Positions 27,701 through 36,632 of a stretch of 64,000 nt of DNA are shown piece after piece. The notes under the pieces were generated by a model. The model was not told the origin of the DNA, made no database searches, and saw nothing but the letters and a program-made list of their open reading frames with translations. A program made the translations under genes and the position numbers. Every line of letters starts with the position of its first letter. Positions within the stretch are counted from its first letter, which is position 1. The stretch is taken from positions 24,113 through 88,112 of the forward strand of contig CAIWTU010000039.1 of assembly GCA_903915655.1 (NCBI GenBank), given 5' to 3'. The DNA is from an uncultured Geobacter sp. GTDB taxonomy: Bacteria; Desulfobacterota; Desulfuromonadia; Geobacterales; Geobacteraceae.

Positions 27701-29306
27701 AGAGGATCTGGCGCAGCTCGTGGAAGAGCTCCGCACGGCAAACCCCTTTGCCCGTATCTCGGTCAAGGTTCCTTCCGTTGCAGGTATCGGCACTATAGCC
27801 CTCGGGATTGCCAAGGCAGGGGCCGACATAATGACGATTAGTGGTTTTGACGGCGGCACAGGGGCTGCCCGCAAACATGCCATCAAGTATGTCGGCCTTC
27901 CAGTGGAGATCGGTGTTCGCGAGGCCCATCGCGCCCTGACGGAAGCGTTACTGCGCCATAAGCTGGAGGTATGGGCGGACGGAGGGATGAAAACCGGCCG
28001 TGATGCTGTAAAGCTTATCCTGCTGGGGGCCAACAGGGTCGGGTTCGGGACCATGGCCATGGTAACTATTGGCTGCACGATATGCCGTGGTTGCCACCTT
28101 GGGAGCTGTCACGTCGGGATTGCAACCCAGATAGAGACTCTGGCCGAGGCGGAAAGAAAGGGGCTGAAACGGTTTGTACCGCGTATCATGGAGAACGGTG
28201 TTATTTATCAGGCCACCTTTTTCCGGGCACTTGGTCAGGAAATCAGCGCTATTACCGCCAAACTCGGGTTCAGTCGCACCCAGGAGCTGGTGGGGAGGGC
28301 CGATTTGCTTTTTCAGGCACGGGGTGAATACTTGCTTGATCTTGCCGATTTACTGGCTCCTCCCGTAGTGAGAGAGGTGCGGGAGGAGAGAGACAAGGTA
28401 TACATCATCCGCAAGCCGCTGAATTATCTTACATCTGTCATTTCAGCGCTGGTTACCGAGGCCTTTGACAGCGGCGAATCCTCCGTCCACTATGATGACG
28501 ACAGCGCCTCCAGTTCTGACAGAGCGATCGGTACCTACCTGGCGGGTACCATGATTCGCAACAGAGGAGAGGGAGAGCGGATGGAGAAGGAGGCGTTGCT
28601 CCATTTCAGGCGTGACTCCATCCCCGGCAACGGCATGGCGGCCTTTAATATAAGGCCGATAAAAATAATAGTGGAAGGGGGCGCTCAGGATGGTGTCGGC
28701 AAATGTGCCAGCGGTGGGAAGATTGTTGTTCTGAAGGGGGAAAATCGTAACGGAGTGCGGGTTGGGGGTTCGGTAGGGAAAGGTCTGGCTTACGGCGCGC
28801 AGGGAGGAACCTTTCTGATTCAGGGGGATGCCGATAGTCGTGCCTGTATCCGGCTCTCTGGCGCTGACGTGCTGTTGGGAGGAAGAATACGGGAAAAACT
28901 GGACGACAATATGGGGAGTCTGGCTGAACGGGCTAATATCAAGGGGTTTGCCTTCGAGTATATGACGGCGGGGAGGGTGGTTGTCCTCGGTGACCCTGGG
29001 CCCTGGATCTGTTCAGGGATGACCGGAGGGGTGGTATACTGCTACCTGGAGCTGGAGAAAGGTATGAATAGGGACGCCCTGCAACGGCGGATTGCCATTG
29101 GGGCAGGTGTCGAGATTTGCGACATGGAGGAAGATGATGTTGAGCAGGTCACGGAACTCCTGCTTCTTTATCAGCGGGAGTTGCTCCATTCACATCAGGA
29201 GGAAGATGCGCGCTGGCTTGAGGGAGTTATTTCCGGATGCCGCAGCAATTTTGTCAAAATTGTCCCAGTAAAAGCCAGGTTCAGGTCGCTCCGGACAACA
29301 GAGTGA
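24771..29306 (+). CDS. gltB: Glutamate synthase large-subunit-like protein (GATase-2, central, FMN and GXGXG domains fused)
   Basis: 1511 aa. Ntn amidotransferase start (…DACAIICYA…), FMN domain (…ISAMSFG…KVGQGAKPGEGGHLPG…ISPSNNHDIYSIEDL…), and a C-terminal GXGXG domain. Confidence 0.9.
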   Translation: MNLSNDDSGLMPAERDACAIICYANKEGKPTHGNLQRTVEALVKMGHRAGETNGEGDGCGVLTDIPRLLWRVILEEAGMAPEIAESPEFAVGHFLIPKDLLAGRPGLQNEILRLCSEKGAVALLGRTGVVRSEVLAANARKSEPVFWQIALDCRNQKNASLLLYELQTEIERDYPLHIASLSREIVAYKVHGAPELLSRYYPELKRRDFMSSVTIGHSRYSTNTLPTVLLAQPFSMLGHNGEINTIARLREEGRILGIPLPVGGSDSQDVNRVMEGLINLYGLTLFEAIEMIFPPIFTEMDRMGEELRSMYTWFRRFLSASAQGPAGIIARCGGRCVFSVDAMGLRPLWFGETEREFFASSELGVVPHEEIISDPKPLAPGEKLGLRIIPGRPVQLLEHHELRAETLALFQRKTDLAAYAGKLVRGTALEGALSPAETGFSRGKRFQQENLLIAMGWKTNDVLSLREIAKNCSEPIGSLGYDSPLEALADRTLQNLADYFKEQVAVVTNPAIDREREAAHFSTRVYLGPKPVMRGVALPAVELAVPLLLGGERLGQGRVLPESGEMTGSCTVESLLAHFGQGKGRFRILSCTLGPDESIRQGLERLQREAQHNVSRGCRLLLLDDSRAFGPSRSFLDSGLAVAALHKSLLESVDADGKSLRRKTSLVLRSGSLRNLHDLIFTLGMGADALCPYLMWELAAREEGGVSHLMVTMQAGLEKVMSTMGTHEIGGYGKYFASIGLSSELAEIFGTPNFCGSARKGLTLARLEEDNRSRRVIARSSGKQPMETPFRLYPKIWKMAGSVAKMEENYSDFAGLVRNLEKETPLSIRHLLDFRFSGELTVDPEEVDTTVGEHALPILISAMSFGSQGETPFRIYAEAAKKLNIICMNGEGGEIVDMLGKYRKNRGQQIASGRFGVNMEYLNSADILEIKVGQGAKPGEGGHLPGFKVTEKIAAARNATPGVSLISPSNNHDIYSIEDLAQLVEELRTANPFARISVKVPSVAGIGTIALGIAKAGADIMTISGFDGGTGAARKHAIKYVGLPVEIGVREAHRALTEALLRHKLEVWADGGMKTGRDAVKLILLGANRVGFGTMAMVTIGCTICRGCHLGSCHVGIATQIETLAEAERKGLKRFVPRIMENGVIYQATFFRALGQEISAITAKLGFSRTQELVGRADLLFQARGEYLLDLADLLAPPVVREVREERDKVYIIRKPLNYLTSVISALVTEAFDSGESSVHYDDDSASSSDRAIGTYLAGTMIRNRGEGERMEKEALLHFRRDSIPGNGMAAFNIRPIKIIVEGGAQDGVGKCASGGKIVVLKGENRNGVRVGGSVGKGLAYGAQGGTFLIQGDADSRACIRLSGADVLLGGRIREKLDDNMGSLAERANIKGFAFEYMTAGRVVVLGDPGPWICSGMTGGVVYCYLELEKGMNRDALQRRIAIGAGVEICDMEEDDVEQVTELLLLYQRELLHSHQEEDARWLEGVISGCRSNFVKIVPVKARFRSLRTTE

Positions 29307-29379
29307 GGTTTGGAGTTGAAATCTGCAAAATACGGGTTAGAATGGTTCTAGTAGTTATAAACTTATTCAAGGAGGAGAT

Positions 29380-29538
29380 ATGGAGAGCTATCGATGCGTA
29401 ATCTGTGACTATATTTATGACCCTGTCCAGGGTGATCCTGCCAACGGTGTGGCCCCGGGAACATCATTCTTTGAGATTTCCGATGATTGGGTCTGCCCCG
29501 TTTGCGGTATGGATAAGGGCAATTTTGAGAAAGTCTGA
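29380..29538 (+). CDS. Rubredoxin (52 aa; below the ORF-track length cutoff)
   Basis: My own translation gives [52 protein letters not shown], with two CxxC knuckles and the YxYD/W signature. AGGAGG sits 7 nt upstream. Confidence 0.88.
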   Translation: MESYRCVICDYIYDPVQGDPANGVAPGTSFFEISDDWVCPVCGMDKGNFEKV

Positions 29539-29593
29539 CCTGGCAGAGGGGAGAACTCCGGGCGGAAGCTAATTTTGTAGGAGGAATAGGGAG

Positions 29594-29782
29594 ATCCCAA
29601 ACAAACCGTTTGTTGACCAGAATATCTGCATCAGTTGCCGACTTTGTGTAGAATCAGCGCCGGAGGTGTTCCTCATTGATAATAATGATCTGGCTGAGGT
29701 ATACGATCCTTTTGGAGTCACTGAAGAAAAAATACAGGAGGCTATTTACAGCTGCCCTGTGAGCTGTATCTACTGGGATTAA
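29594..29782 (+). CDS. Small single-cluster ferredoxin (CxxCxxC…CP); start codon uncertain
   Basis: The frame reads …IPNKPFVDQNICISCRLCVESAPEVFLIDNNDLAEVYDPFGVTEEKIQEAIYSCPVSCIYWD*. There is no ATG/GTG/TTG between the upstream in-frame TAA (29570) and the Cys motif. AGGAGG at 29579-29584 sits 9 nt before an ATC. Confidence 0.55.
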   Translation: MPNKPFVDQNICISCRLCVESAPEVFLIDNNDLAEVYDPFGVTEEKIQEAIYSCPVSCIYWD

Positions 29783-29819
29783 TGTCGCGCTAACCCTCGA
29801 TATCCAGGCAGTTATAATA

Positions 29820-29888
29820 AACGAGGCCCTCTCCTTTAACCTCCTGCTTCAACATCTGGAGCAGGAGGAAAAGAGAAGGCCTCGTTTT
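29820..29888. terminator. Long bidirectional hairpin terminator between convergent genes
   Basis: acgaggcc…cctcctgct / agcaggagg…ggcctcgt arms (about 26 nt each, imperfect centre), flanked by an A-run upstream and TTTT downstream. Confidence 0.75.
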
Positions 29889-29916
29889 ATTGCAGTATGC
29901 TAATCTACTCTACCAA

Positions 29917-30258
29917 TTATGCGGCAGGTTCATCGCTTTTTTTGTGCCCTTCGCAAAACTTCTCCCGTTCCTTTTCCATGGCTTCCTTGCCGGCCTCGAT
30001 TGCGGAACTGAGAATAGACTTTTTCTCCTTGATCAACTCTTTTCCTTCATCACAGGTTGTCTTGATCCTTTCCTGAGCGTCCCGGGCATAATCTCTGATC
30101 TTTACGGCTGCATCATCAGTGAGGTCTTTTATCTGTTCGCGGACCTCTTTACCTGTTTTTGGTGCAAAGAGCAGAGCCAGACCCGAACCGATAGCCGCAC
30201 CGGCCAGAAAAGAAATTAACACCGTTCCAATGTTTGAATCTTTATCTTCGTATGCCAT
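29917..30258 (-). CDS. YtxH-domain protein
   Basis: N-terminal TM plus GxxxG (FLAGAAIGSGLALLFAPKTGKEVRE), then a charged helical tail. This is the classic YtxH pattern. Confidence 0.75.
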   Translation of the reverse strand: MAYEDKDSNIGTVLISFLAGAAIGSGLALLFAPKTGKEVREQIKDLTDDAAVKIRDYARDAQERIKTTCDEGKELIKEKKSILSSAIEAGKEAMEKEREKFCEGHKKSDEPAA

Positions 30259-30259
30259 T

Positions 30260-30652
30260 TTAAATTACCTCCTTTTTTAGGATTCTTCCAACAGTATATT
30301 TGCTCGCGGCCTTTAAACCTTTGAGCCAGAGCGATGATCTGCAGAGGAGAGTCGCAGCCTCCCCTACCACGATATTGATCGTGCTGATATTGCGGCCGGT
30401 ATCACCCAAAGCATCCATGAAGGCCTTTACTTCTCCCGTCCGCGAAGAGAGAGCGCCAGTCACAAGCCGCAGGTTTGCTGTCAACTCATTGAACTCCTTC
30501 AAGATTGGCTGCAGTTGCGATTGAACATCGGTGATATACGTTCTTATGGAAACCGCGGTTTTTTTGATTTCGATCAAGGCGGAGATCATAAAGCCTGCCA
30601 GTACAATAAACGTAAGCGCAATTACGGCTGCAGCAAAAGCAATAAATTCCAT
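30260..30652 (-). CDS. DUF948-like membrane-anchored protein
   Basis: Single N-terminal TM helix followed by a helical region (…IEIKKTAVSIRTYITDVQSQLQPILKEFNELTANL…). It is paired with the YtxH gene, as is common. Confidence 0.7.
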   Translation of the reverse strand: MEFIAFAAAVIALTFIVLAGFMISALIEIKKTAVSIRTYITDVQSQLQPILKEFNELTANLRLVTGALSSRTGEVKAFMDALGDTGRNISTINIVVGEAATLLCRSSLWLKGLKAASKYTVGRILKKEVI

Positions 30653-30715
30653 ATTATCAGTCCCTCCACTTCAGATGAATTGTACACCATAACGCGAGAA
30701 TTCCAATACCTCAAG

Positions 30716-31588
30716 TCACCCCTTCAAGGCTGCCAGCATTGTTCTGCCCATCTCGGTCGGGATACGGCATACGGAAACTCCGCACTCCATGAGGGTTCTG
30801 ATTTTGTCTTCAGCCTTTCCCTTGCCGCCGCTGACTATCGCCCCGGCATGACCCATTCGCTTGCCCGGCGGCGCCGTCAGCCCGGCTATGAAGGAAGCCA
30901 CAGGTTTTTGCATATTCTCCATGATCCAGTGAGCTGCTTCCTCTTCGGCTCCACCACCGATTTCACCAATCATGAAAATTCCCTCGGTTTCGGGGTCCTG
31001 GTTAAAAAGAGTCAGGATGTCGATGAAATTCATGCCGATTATGGAATCGCCGCCAATGCCGACACATGTAGTCTGGCCAAGTCCGATATCGGTCAGCTGT
31101 TTCACTGCTTCGTAGGTCAGGGTGCCGCTCCGGGAAACCACCCCAATCTTACCCTTTTTGTGGATGGAACCGGGCATGATGCCGACTTTACACTCTTCTG
31201 GGGTAATTATTCCGGGACAATTTGGCCCGATCAAGAGAGTTTTGCTCCCCTGTAGAGTCCGTTTTACCAGTACCATGTCGCGCACCGGTATTCCCTCCGT
31301 GATACAGACAGCAAGGGCAATCCCGGCGTTATCCGCCTCCAGAATTGCATCCGCAGCCCCTGACGGCGGGACGAAAATCATAGAAACATCGGCTTCGGTA
31401 AGGCGGACTGCTTCTTCTACACTGTTAAAGACCGGTATCCCTTCTATCTCCGTGCCGCCTTTGCCCGGCGTCACGCCGGCCACGATTTTAGTGCCGTATT
31501 CCCTGCACTGGCAGGAGTGAAACAGGCCGGTCCTCCCTGTTATCCCCTGGACGACTATCCTCGAATCCTTATTTACAAGAATGGACAT
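30716..31588 (-). CDS. sucD: Succinyl-CoA synthetase alpha subunit
   Basis: 290 aa. …VVQGITGR…, SRSGTLTYE, and the GHAGAI phosphohistidine loop. Confidence 0.94.
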   Translation of the reverse strand: MSILVNKDSRIVVQGITGRTGLFHSCQCREYGTKIVAGVTPGKGGTEIEGIPVFNSVEEAVRLTEADVSMIFVPPSGAADAILEADNAGIALAVCITEGIPVRDMVLVKRTLQGSKTLLIGPNCPGIITPEECKVGIMPGSIHKKGKIGVVSRSGTLTYEAVKQLTDIGLGQTTCVGIGGDSIIGMNFIDILTLFNQDPETEGIFMIGEIGGGAEEEAAHWIMENMQKPVASFIAGLTAPPGKRMGHAGAIVSGGKGKAEDKIRTLMECGVSVCRIPTEMGRTMLAALKG

Positions 31589-31633
31589 AAAGTAAATTAC
31601 TCCGTATTTTTTTATGCAGCGTCAGCAGCCGGT

Positions 31634-32791
31634 CTATTGCAGCATCTTCACTATCTTCTCGACACCGTCACCCAGGTAGTCGGCATACTGCACGTTCAGC
31701 CCTGATTCGAGAAGCAGCTTCCTGCCGACCTCGACCTTTGTTCCATCCATTCTGACAACTATTGGGAGTGGGCAACCAACGTCAGAAGCTGCCTCTATGA
31801 TTCCCTGGGCGATCACGTCACAGCGCATGATGCCGCCGAAAATGTTGACAAAAATTCCTCTCACGTCCGGATCCTGAAGTATTATCTTGAACGCTTCGGC
31901 TACCCTTTCCTTGTTTGCTCCCCCCCCTACATCCAGAAAATTGGCAGGCTCGCCGCCGTACTCCTTCAGCATGTCCAGCGTTGCCATGGCTAATCCCGCG
32001 CCGTTCACCATGCAGCCGATATTGCCCATAAGCTTTATATAGGAAAGCTCGAACGCTCCTGCAGTTATCTCCAGCGGGTCGATCTGGGAGCAGTCGATCA
32101 TTGCAGGGTAATCCAGATGGCGATAAATTGCGTTGTCGTCAAAGCTTATTTTCGCGTCCATGGCTAGGAGCCATCCGGCTCGAGTTACCACCAGGGGGTT
32201 TATCTCCACCAGCGAGCAGTCTTTTTCCAGTGAGCATCGATACAGGTTGAGCATAAGTTTTACACAGTCTTCGCATAGTTCCCCCTCCAGGCCGAGACGG
32301 AGAGCCAACTTGCGGGCCTGAAAGGGACGGAGCCCGGTAAAGGGATCGATAGTCAGGGTGAGGATCTTTTCCGGGGCATTCACCGCCAACTCCTCTATAT
32401 CCATTCCACCTTCAGCCGATGCGATGATGCAGTAGCGGGAACTGTTCCGGTCAAGGGTGATAGAAAGATAGAATTCACGCTCTATCTCTACAGCCTCCTC
32501 TACCAGAAGTCGCCTGACAACGAGCCCCTTGGGGCCTGTCTGCGGAGTAACCAATACCTTGCCGAAAAGGCTTTTACCTGCTTCCAGCGCCTCTTCCGGA
32601 CTGTTGACCAATCGGACGCCGCCTGCCTTGCCGCGGCCTCCGGCATAAATCTGTGCCTTTACGACGCAGCGTCCTCCCAGCTCCCTGGCTGTCCGTTCTA
32701 CCTGACGGGAAGTCAGGGAAACATGTCCGCGCGGGACCTGAATACCGAATGATTGTAATATCTCTTTGGCCTGATACTCGTGGATATTCAT
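31634..32791 (-). CDS. sucC: Succinyl-CoA synthetase beta subunit
   Basis: 385 aa. MNIHEYQAKEIL…, ATP-grasp region, NIFGGIMRCD. Confidence 0.94.
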   Translation of the reverse strand: MNIHEYQAKEILQSFGIQVPRGHVSLTSRQVERTARELGGRCVVKAQIYAGGRGKAGGVRLVNSPEEALEAGKSLFGKVLVTPQTGPKGLVVRRLLVEEAVEIEREFYLSITLDRNSSRYCIIASAEGGMDIEELAVNAPEKILTLTIDPFTGLRPFQARKLALRLGLEGELCEDCVKLMLNLYRCSLEKDCSLVEINPLVVTRAGWLLAMDAKISFDDNAIYRHLDYPAMIDCSQIDPLEITAGAFELSYIKLMGNIGCMVNGAGLAMATLDMLKEYGGEPANFLDVGGGANKERVAEAFKIILQDPDVRGIFVNIFGGIMRCDVIAQGIIEAASDVGCPLPIVVRMDGTKVEVGRKLLLESGLNVQYADYLGDGVEKIVKMLQ

Positions 32792-33066
32792 GAAAACTCC
32801 ATTAATAAGAATTACAAGTTTGCCATTATAGCAGATGAACAGGATAATTCAAGATGGTTTCGCAAATTCTCAAAACGCCAAGTTGCGGCTTCAACCACCT
32901 ATTCTCCTTTGACAAGAACGGAGAGCAGCTATATAGTCTATATCAGCTGCTCTTTACCTCTGCAGACCGTTCATCCGGGCTTCCTGTAGCGCTGGTTGGC
33001 GATAGCAGAGGTCATGGAGTTGAATGCTCTGACGTCCAAGATATCTTGATAAAAAAAGGAGTGTCG

Positions 33067-34209
33067 ATGACTTCGACCCGATTTCCATATGCACCCGTAT
33101 TAATCTCCATCCTGGGCGCGAGCGCGCTCGTTTCCTGCGCAACGCAGCCGATTTCTCTTTCACCAGGGAAAATAGCGCCGTCGGTCCTGGTTACAACTGT
33201 ACAAGGCGGAATCAGTGACGGCCGCGGCCGTTTTCGCGAAATTTTCAAGGAGGTCCTTTCTGCCCAATGCTCAAAACTCCCGGCTGGAGTTCCCTGCGAT
33301 GATAGCATAAACCTCTGGAAACTGTCAGGGGAACCAGCTGCCACAGGGAGACCTGCCCCCTCCGGGCGATCCGGGGGCACTTTGCGCGTGGTGGTCGTCC
33401 CCGGTGTGATGGCCGAGTGCGTTGCGGACAAATCGATGGCCTTTGGAGATGCCCGGGCCCGGCTGGAAGAGCTTGGCTATGAAACTGACTACATCCAGAC
33501 AGGGGGTCGCCAGGGGAGTGACCACAACGCCGATCTTATCCGCGATGCAGTCATGAGGATGCCGACCGGAAAGAGGCTCATATTTGTCACCCACTCTAAA
33601 GGCGCCGTTGATACCATGGAAGCGCTTGTGAAATATCCCTCCATTGCCGAGCGGACTGCCGCTCTGCTCAGCGTTTCAGGCGCGGTCAACGGGTCCCCTC
33701 TGGCGGAAGCTTTCCCGGAGTTTCTCTTTAAGCTCGCTCATCAGATACCGCTTTCATCATGCCTTCAGGGAGAAGGGGTCGAAGCTGTGGAAAGCCTGCG
33801 CCGCAACGTTAGGATCTCCTGGCTCTCCACGCACCAGCTGCCGAAGAGCGTCCGCTACTATTCACTGGCTGCCTTCACCTCGCGAGAGAATACTTCCCGG
33901 ATTCTGCGCCCATTCTACGACATTCTCTCCAAGACCGAACCACTCAACGACGGCATGGTGATATGCTCAGACGCAATTGTTCCAGGCTCGGTCTTGCTTG
34001 GATATCCGAACGCAGACCATTTTGCGGTGGCTATGCCATTTACCGGGGAAACTTCCAGCACGCTTGCCTGGCTTATCGACAAGAATGATTATCCTCGCGC
34101 AGCGTTGATCGAGGCTGCAGTGCGCTTCGTTGAGGAAGACCTCGCGCAGGCCGATCCGTCCCATCCCCGCTTGGCAGGCAATCATGATCGGGAAAGCGGG
34201 GCGAAATGA
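33067..34209 (+). CDS. Lipoprotein, alpha/beta-hydrolase (lipase/esterase-like)
   Basis: ATG at 33067 is preceded by AAGGAG. Lipobox-like signal (…GASALVSC), nucleophile-elbow-like VTHSKGAVD. The longer ORF from 32854 lacks an RBS or signal. Confidence 0.65.
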   Translation: MTSTRFPYAPVLISILGASALVSCATQPISLSPGKIAPSVLVTTVQGGISDGRGRFREIFKEVLSAQCSKLPAGVPCDDSINLWKLSGEPAATGRPAPSGRSGGTLRVVVVPGVMAECVADKSMAFGDARARLEELGYETDYIQTGGRQGSDHNADLIRDAVMRMPTGKRLIFVTHSKGAVDTMEALVKYPSIAERTAALLSVSGAVNGSPLAEAFPEFLFKLAHQIPLSSCLQGEGVEAVESLRRNVRISWLSTHQLPKSVRYYSLAAFTSRENTSRILRPFYDILSKTEPLNDGMVICSDAIVPGSVLLGYPNADHFAVAMPFTGETSSTLAWLIDKNDYPRAALIEAAVRFVEEDLAQADPSHPRLAGNHDRESGAK

Positions 34210-34682
34210 CCAAGAAGAAGCTGGCATTGATGATGGAGTGGCTTCGGCCCGCCGGCTTAGGGGTTGTCATTTATTGCGCATACTATTTCGGCAACGAGGC
34301 CATAGGAAGATTTCATATTCTGGGACCATTCGCAGTCATGCTCATGTCAGGCACAGTGGCCTTTGAATCTCTGATACTGGGAGAGGCGGCCTCGGAGAAA
34401 ATTGGCTATGCTCCCCATCGTCCTTATCAAATACAATCGGGCCTCGCTAATGCGGCCACAGCGATAACAGCTTTACTCGTTTATCTGCTCGAGTGGGGAC
34501 GATACGCGGAGGCAACCATCGTCACAGCGATGTTGATCTTCTTCACCCTTTCGGCGGCAAATCACCTTGCCACAGCGATCGTGGGATGCAACATGAGACC
34601 TGTTAATCTGCTCCGTCCGGCCATGACGTTGTTATTGATCGGTTTCCTCCTTCCCCCCATGATCAAAGCGCTGACTCAGTAA
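34206..34682 (+). CDS. Hypothetical integral membrane protein (4-5 TM)
   Basis: Hydrophobic helices throughout. ATGA overlap with the upstream hydrolase gene suggests translational coupling. Confidence 0.55.
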   Translation: MTKKKLALMMEWLRPAGLGVVIYCAYYFGNEAIGRFHILGPFAVMLMSGTVAFESLILGEAASEKIGYAPHRPYQIQSGLANAATAITALLVYLLEWGRYAEATIVTAMLIFFTLSAANHLATAIVGCNMRPVNLLRPAMTLLLIGFLLPPMIKALTQ

Positions 34683-34724
34683 TGCTTCTTAACAGAAACA
34701 GAGGGGTCGTCCATTGACGGCCTC

Positions 34725-36500
34725 TCATACCAGTCCCTTCAGTTCATCTATCAAATCACCGAGAAAATCATATCCCTGCTGCCAAAAACCGTGGTCGGAG
34801 AAGTCGATACCGGCGAGTTTTACCGTGTCGGCCGGGGATTGCGAGCCGCCGCTTGAAAGGATCGCTTTGTATGCCGGTACAAAGGGGGTCCCCTCCTGCA
34901 GGTATTTGTGGAAGAGCGAAAGAACGAGCAGCTCGGCAAAGGTATAGGAATAGCAGTAGAATCTTGCATGAATGAAGTGGGAAATGTAACTCCAGCCCCA
35001 TCGGTACGGCTCGATCATTTCCACGGCGTCGCCGTACAGTTTTGCATTCTCTTCCCACCAGGCGTCACAAAGCCGGGATGAGACCAGAAGGCCATTGGCG
35101 CGTTCCAGATGCATCCGCTCTTCAAAACGGGTCAGAACATTTTGACGGAAGGTGGTGGCGATAATATCCTCTATCTTGGCGCAGAGGAGTGAAATCTTGA
35201 TATCAGGGTCGTTCTCACTCTCCAGCATGTGGCGTGTCAGGAGCATTTCGCTGAACACCGACGCAGTCTCTGCCAGTGGCAGGGGGGGGTGGTAATTGAG
35301 GATGGTCTGGCGCTGGGCCAGGACAAAATGGAGCCCGTGTCCAATTTCATGGGCAAGAGTGGAGACGTCGCGCAGGTTGCCGGTGAAATTCAGCAGCAGG
35401 TACGGGGGAAGGGACGGCGTCATCCCCATGCAGAAGGCGCCCCCCGCTTTCCCATGGCGTGGGGCGACATCCACTCTTTTCCCGGTGAAAAATTCTGCTG
35501 CGATCTCCCGGCAATCGGTATCGAAATCTCTATAGGAGTCGAGTACGAGTTTAACGGCTTCGTCGAACGAATATTTGCGGGCTGTTTCTCCAATGGGAGC
35601 GAAAATGTCGGTGTTTTTCAGCTTCGGAATCTTCAGCAGGCGTGCCTTTAGACGGAAATAGTCCCGGGCAAGGGGGTAGTTTTCCTCGGTAACGGCCATC
35701 ATCTGCTGCACCGCTCTGGCGGAGAGCTCGTTGGCCAGATGGGTCGGTTCCATCGGAGAGGGGTAATTGCGTATTTCCAGTTCTTGGGAATGGTCCAGGG
35801 CAACCGTATTGAAGACAGTAGTGAAGGTAATACCTTCTTCCTCGTGCCGTTTGAGAAAAGTGCCGAAGGCCCTTTCCCTGATAGCCGGAAGAGGGTGGTG
35901 AAGCATCCCGAGCAGTTCCTCTCCGGTGAAATCCCTCTCCTCATCGTCGATCTCCATCCTGTAGCGGAAAGAGGCCGAGAGCTCATCAAAGAGGCGCGAA
36001 AAGGCGTCGACCCCGGTGAGGCTTTTCTGCTTCAGGAGCCGCTCTTCCCGCTCGGGGAGGGTGTGGGGTCGGAATTTGCGTATGCTCTCCAGAAAATGAC
36101 GATAGAGGGAAAGTTGAGGGTCTTGCAGCAGTCGGGAAAAAGAGTCATCGGGGAGTTCGATCAGTTCCAGATCAAAAAAAAGCAATTCCCGTTCCATCTT
36201 GTTGCCGAACTCCGCCGTCTGCTGGGAGAGCCTTTTATATGTATCATTCTCGCTGTCCGCCGCGAACAAGAGGTAGGCGTACAGTTGCGGTTTTGCTGTC
36301 AGTTCCTGGAGAGCTTCGAACTCGAGCAGGACCCTGCGGAGCTCCTCCGCATCGAGTGAGGCGACCTTCCCGAAATATCGCTCCCGAAAAGTCCGTGCCT
36401 GCGCAGTAGCCGCTGCAATATCCCTCTCAACTTCTGCCCCCTCCGGTGAAGAGTAAAAAGTAGTGGTGTCCCATAACAGGTTCTGATCAGAAAAGTCCAT
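34725..36500 (-). CDS. pepF: Oligoendopeptidase F-family M3B metallopeptidase
   Basis: 591 aa with the HEIGHGLH zinc motif plus the downstream E of the M3 family. Confidence 0.88.
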   Translation of the reverse strand: MDFSDQNLLWDTTTFYSSPEGAEVERDIAAATAQARTFRERYFGKVASLDAEELRRVLLEFEALQELTAKPQLYAYLLFAADSENDTYKRLSQQTAEFGNKMERELLFFDLELIELPDDSFSRLLQDPQLSLYRHFLESIRKFRPHTLPEREERLLKQKSLTGVDAFSRLFDELSASFRYRMEIDDEERDFTGEELLGMLHHPLPAIRERAFGTFLKRHEEEGITFTTVFNTVALDHSQELEIRNYPSPMEPTHLANELSARAVQQMMAVTEENYPLARDYFRLKARLLKIPKLKNTDIFAPIGETARKYSFDEAVKLVLDSYRDFDTDCREIAAEFFTGKRVDVAPRHGKAGGAFCMGMTPSLPPYLLLNFTGNLRDVSTLAHEIGHGLHFVLAQRQTILNYHPPLPLAETASVFSEMLLTRHMLESENDPDIKISLLCAKIEDIIATTFRQNVLTRFEERMHLERANGLLVSSRLCDAWWEENAKLYGDAVEMIEPYRWGWSYISHFIHARFYCYSYTFAELLVLSLFHKYLQEGTPFVPAYKAILSSGGSQSPADTVKLAGIDFSDHGFWQQGYDFLGDLIDELKGLV

Positions 36501-36632
36501 TTAAGTAAAGTCTCCTGGCAATTAGGATGCGTTGTCTGAATCTTTAAATCGGTGTAGAGGATCTTTGAAATCTGTTTTCAGCTTCTCGCCACGGATAGGG
36601 GGTGGCATGAAGCCGTCCGGTTCTTATATCTG

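Noticed and set aside
30515-31255. 246-aa plus-strand ORF
   Set aside because: It lies antisense to sucD and the DUF948 gene. sucD identity is unambiguous.
32854-33066. N-terminal 71-codon extension of the hydrolase ORF
   Set aside because: The internal ATG at 33067 has an AAGGAG RBS and is followed immediately by a lipoprotein-type signal peptide. The extension overlaps the sucC promoter region.
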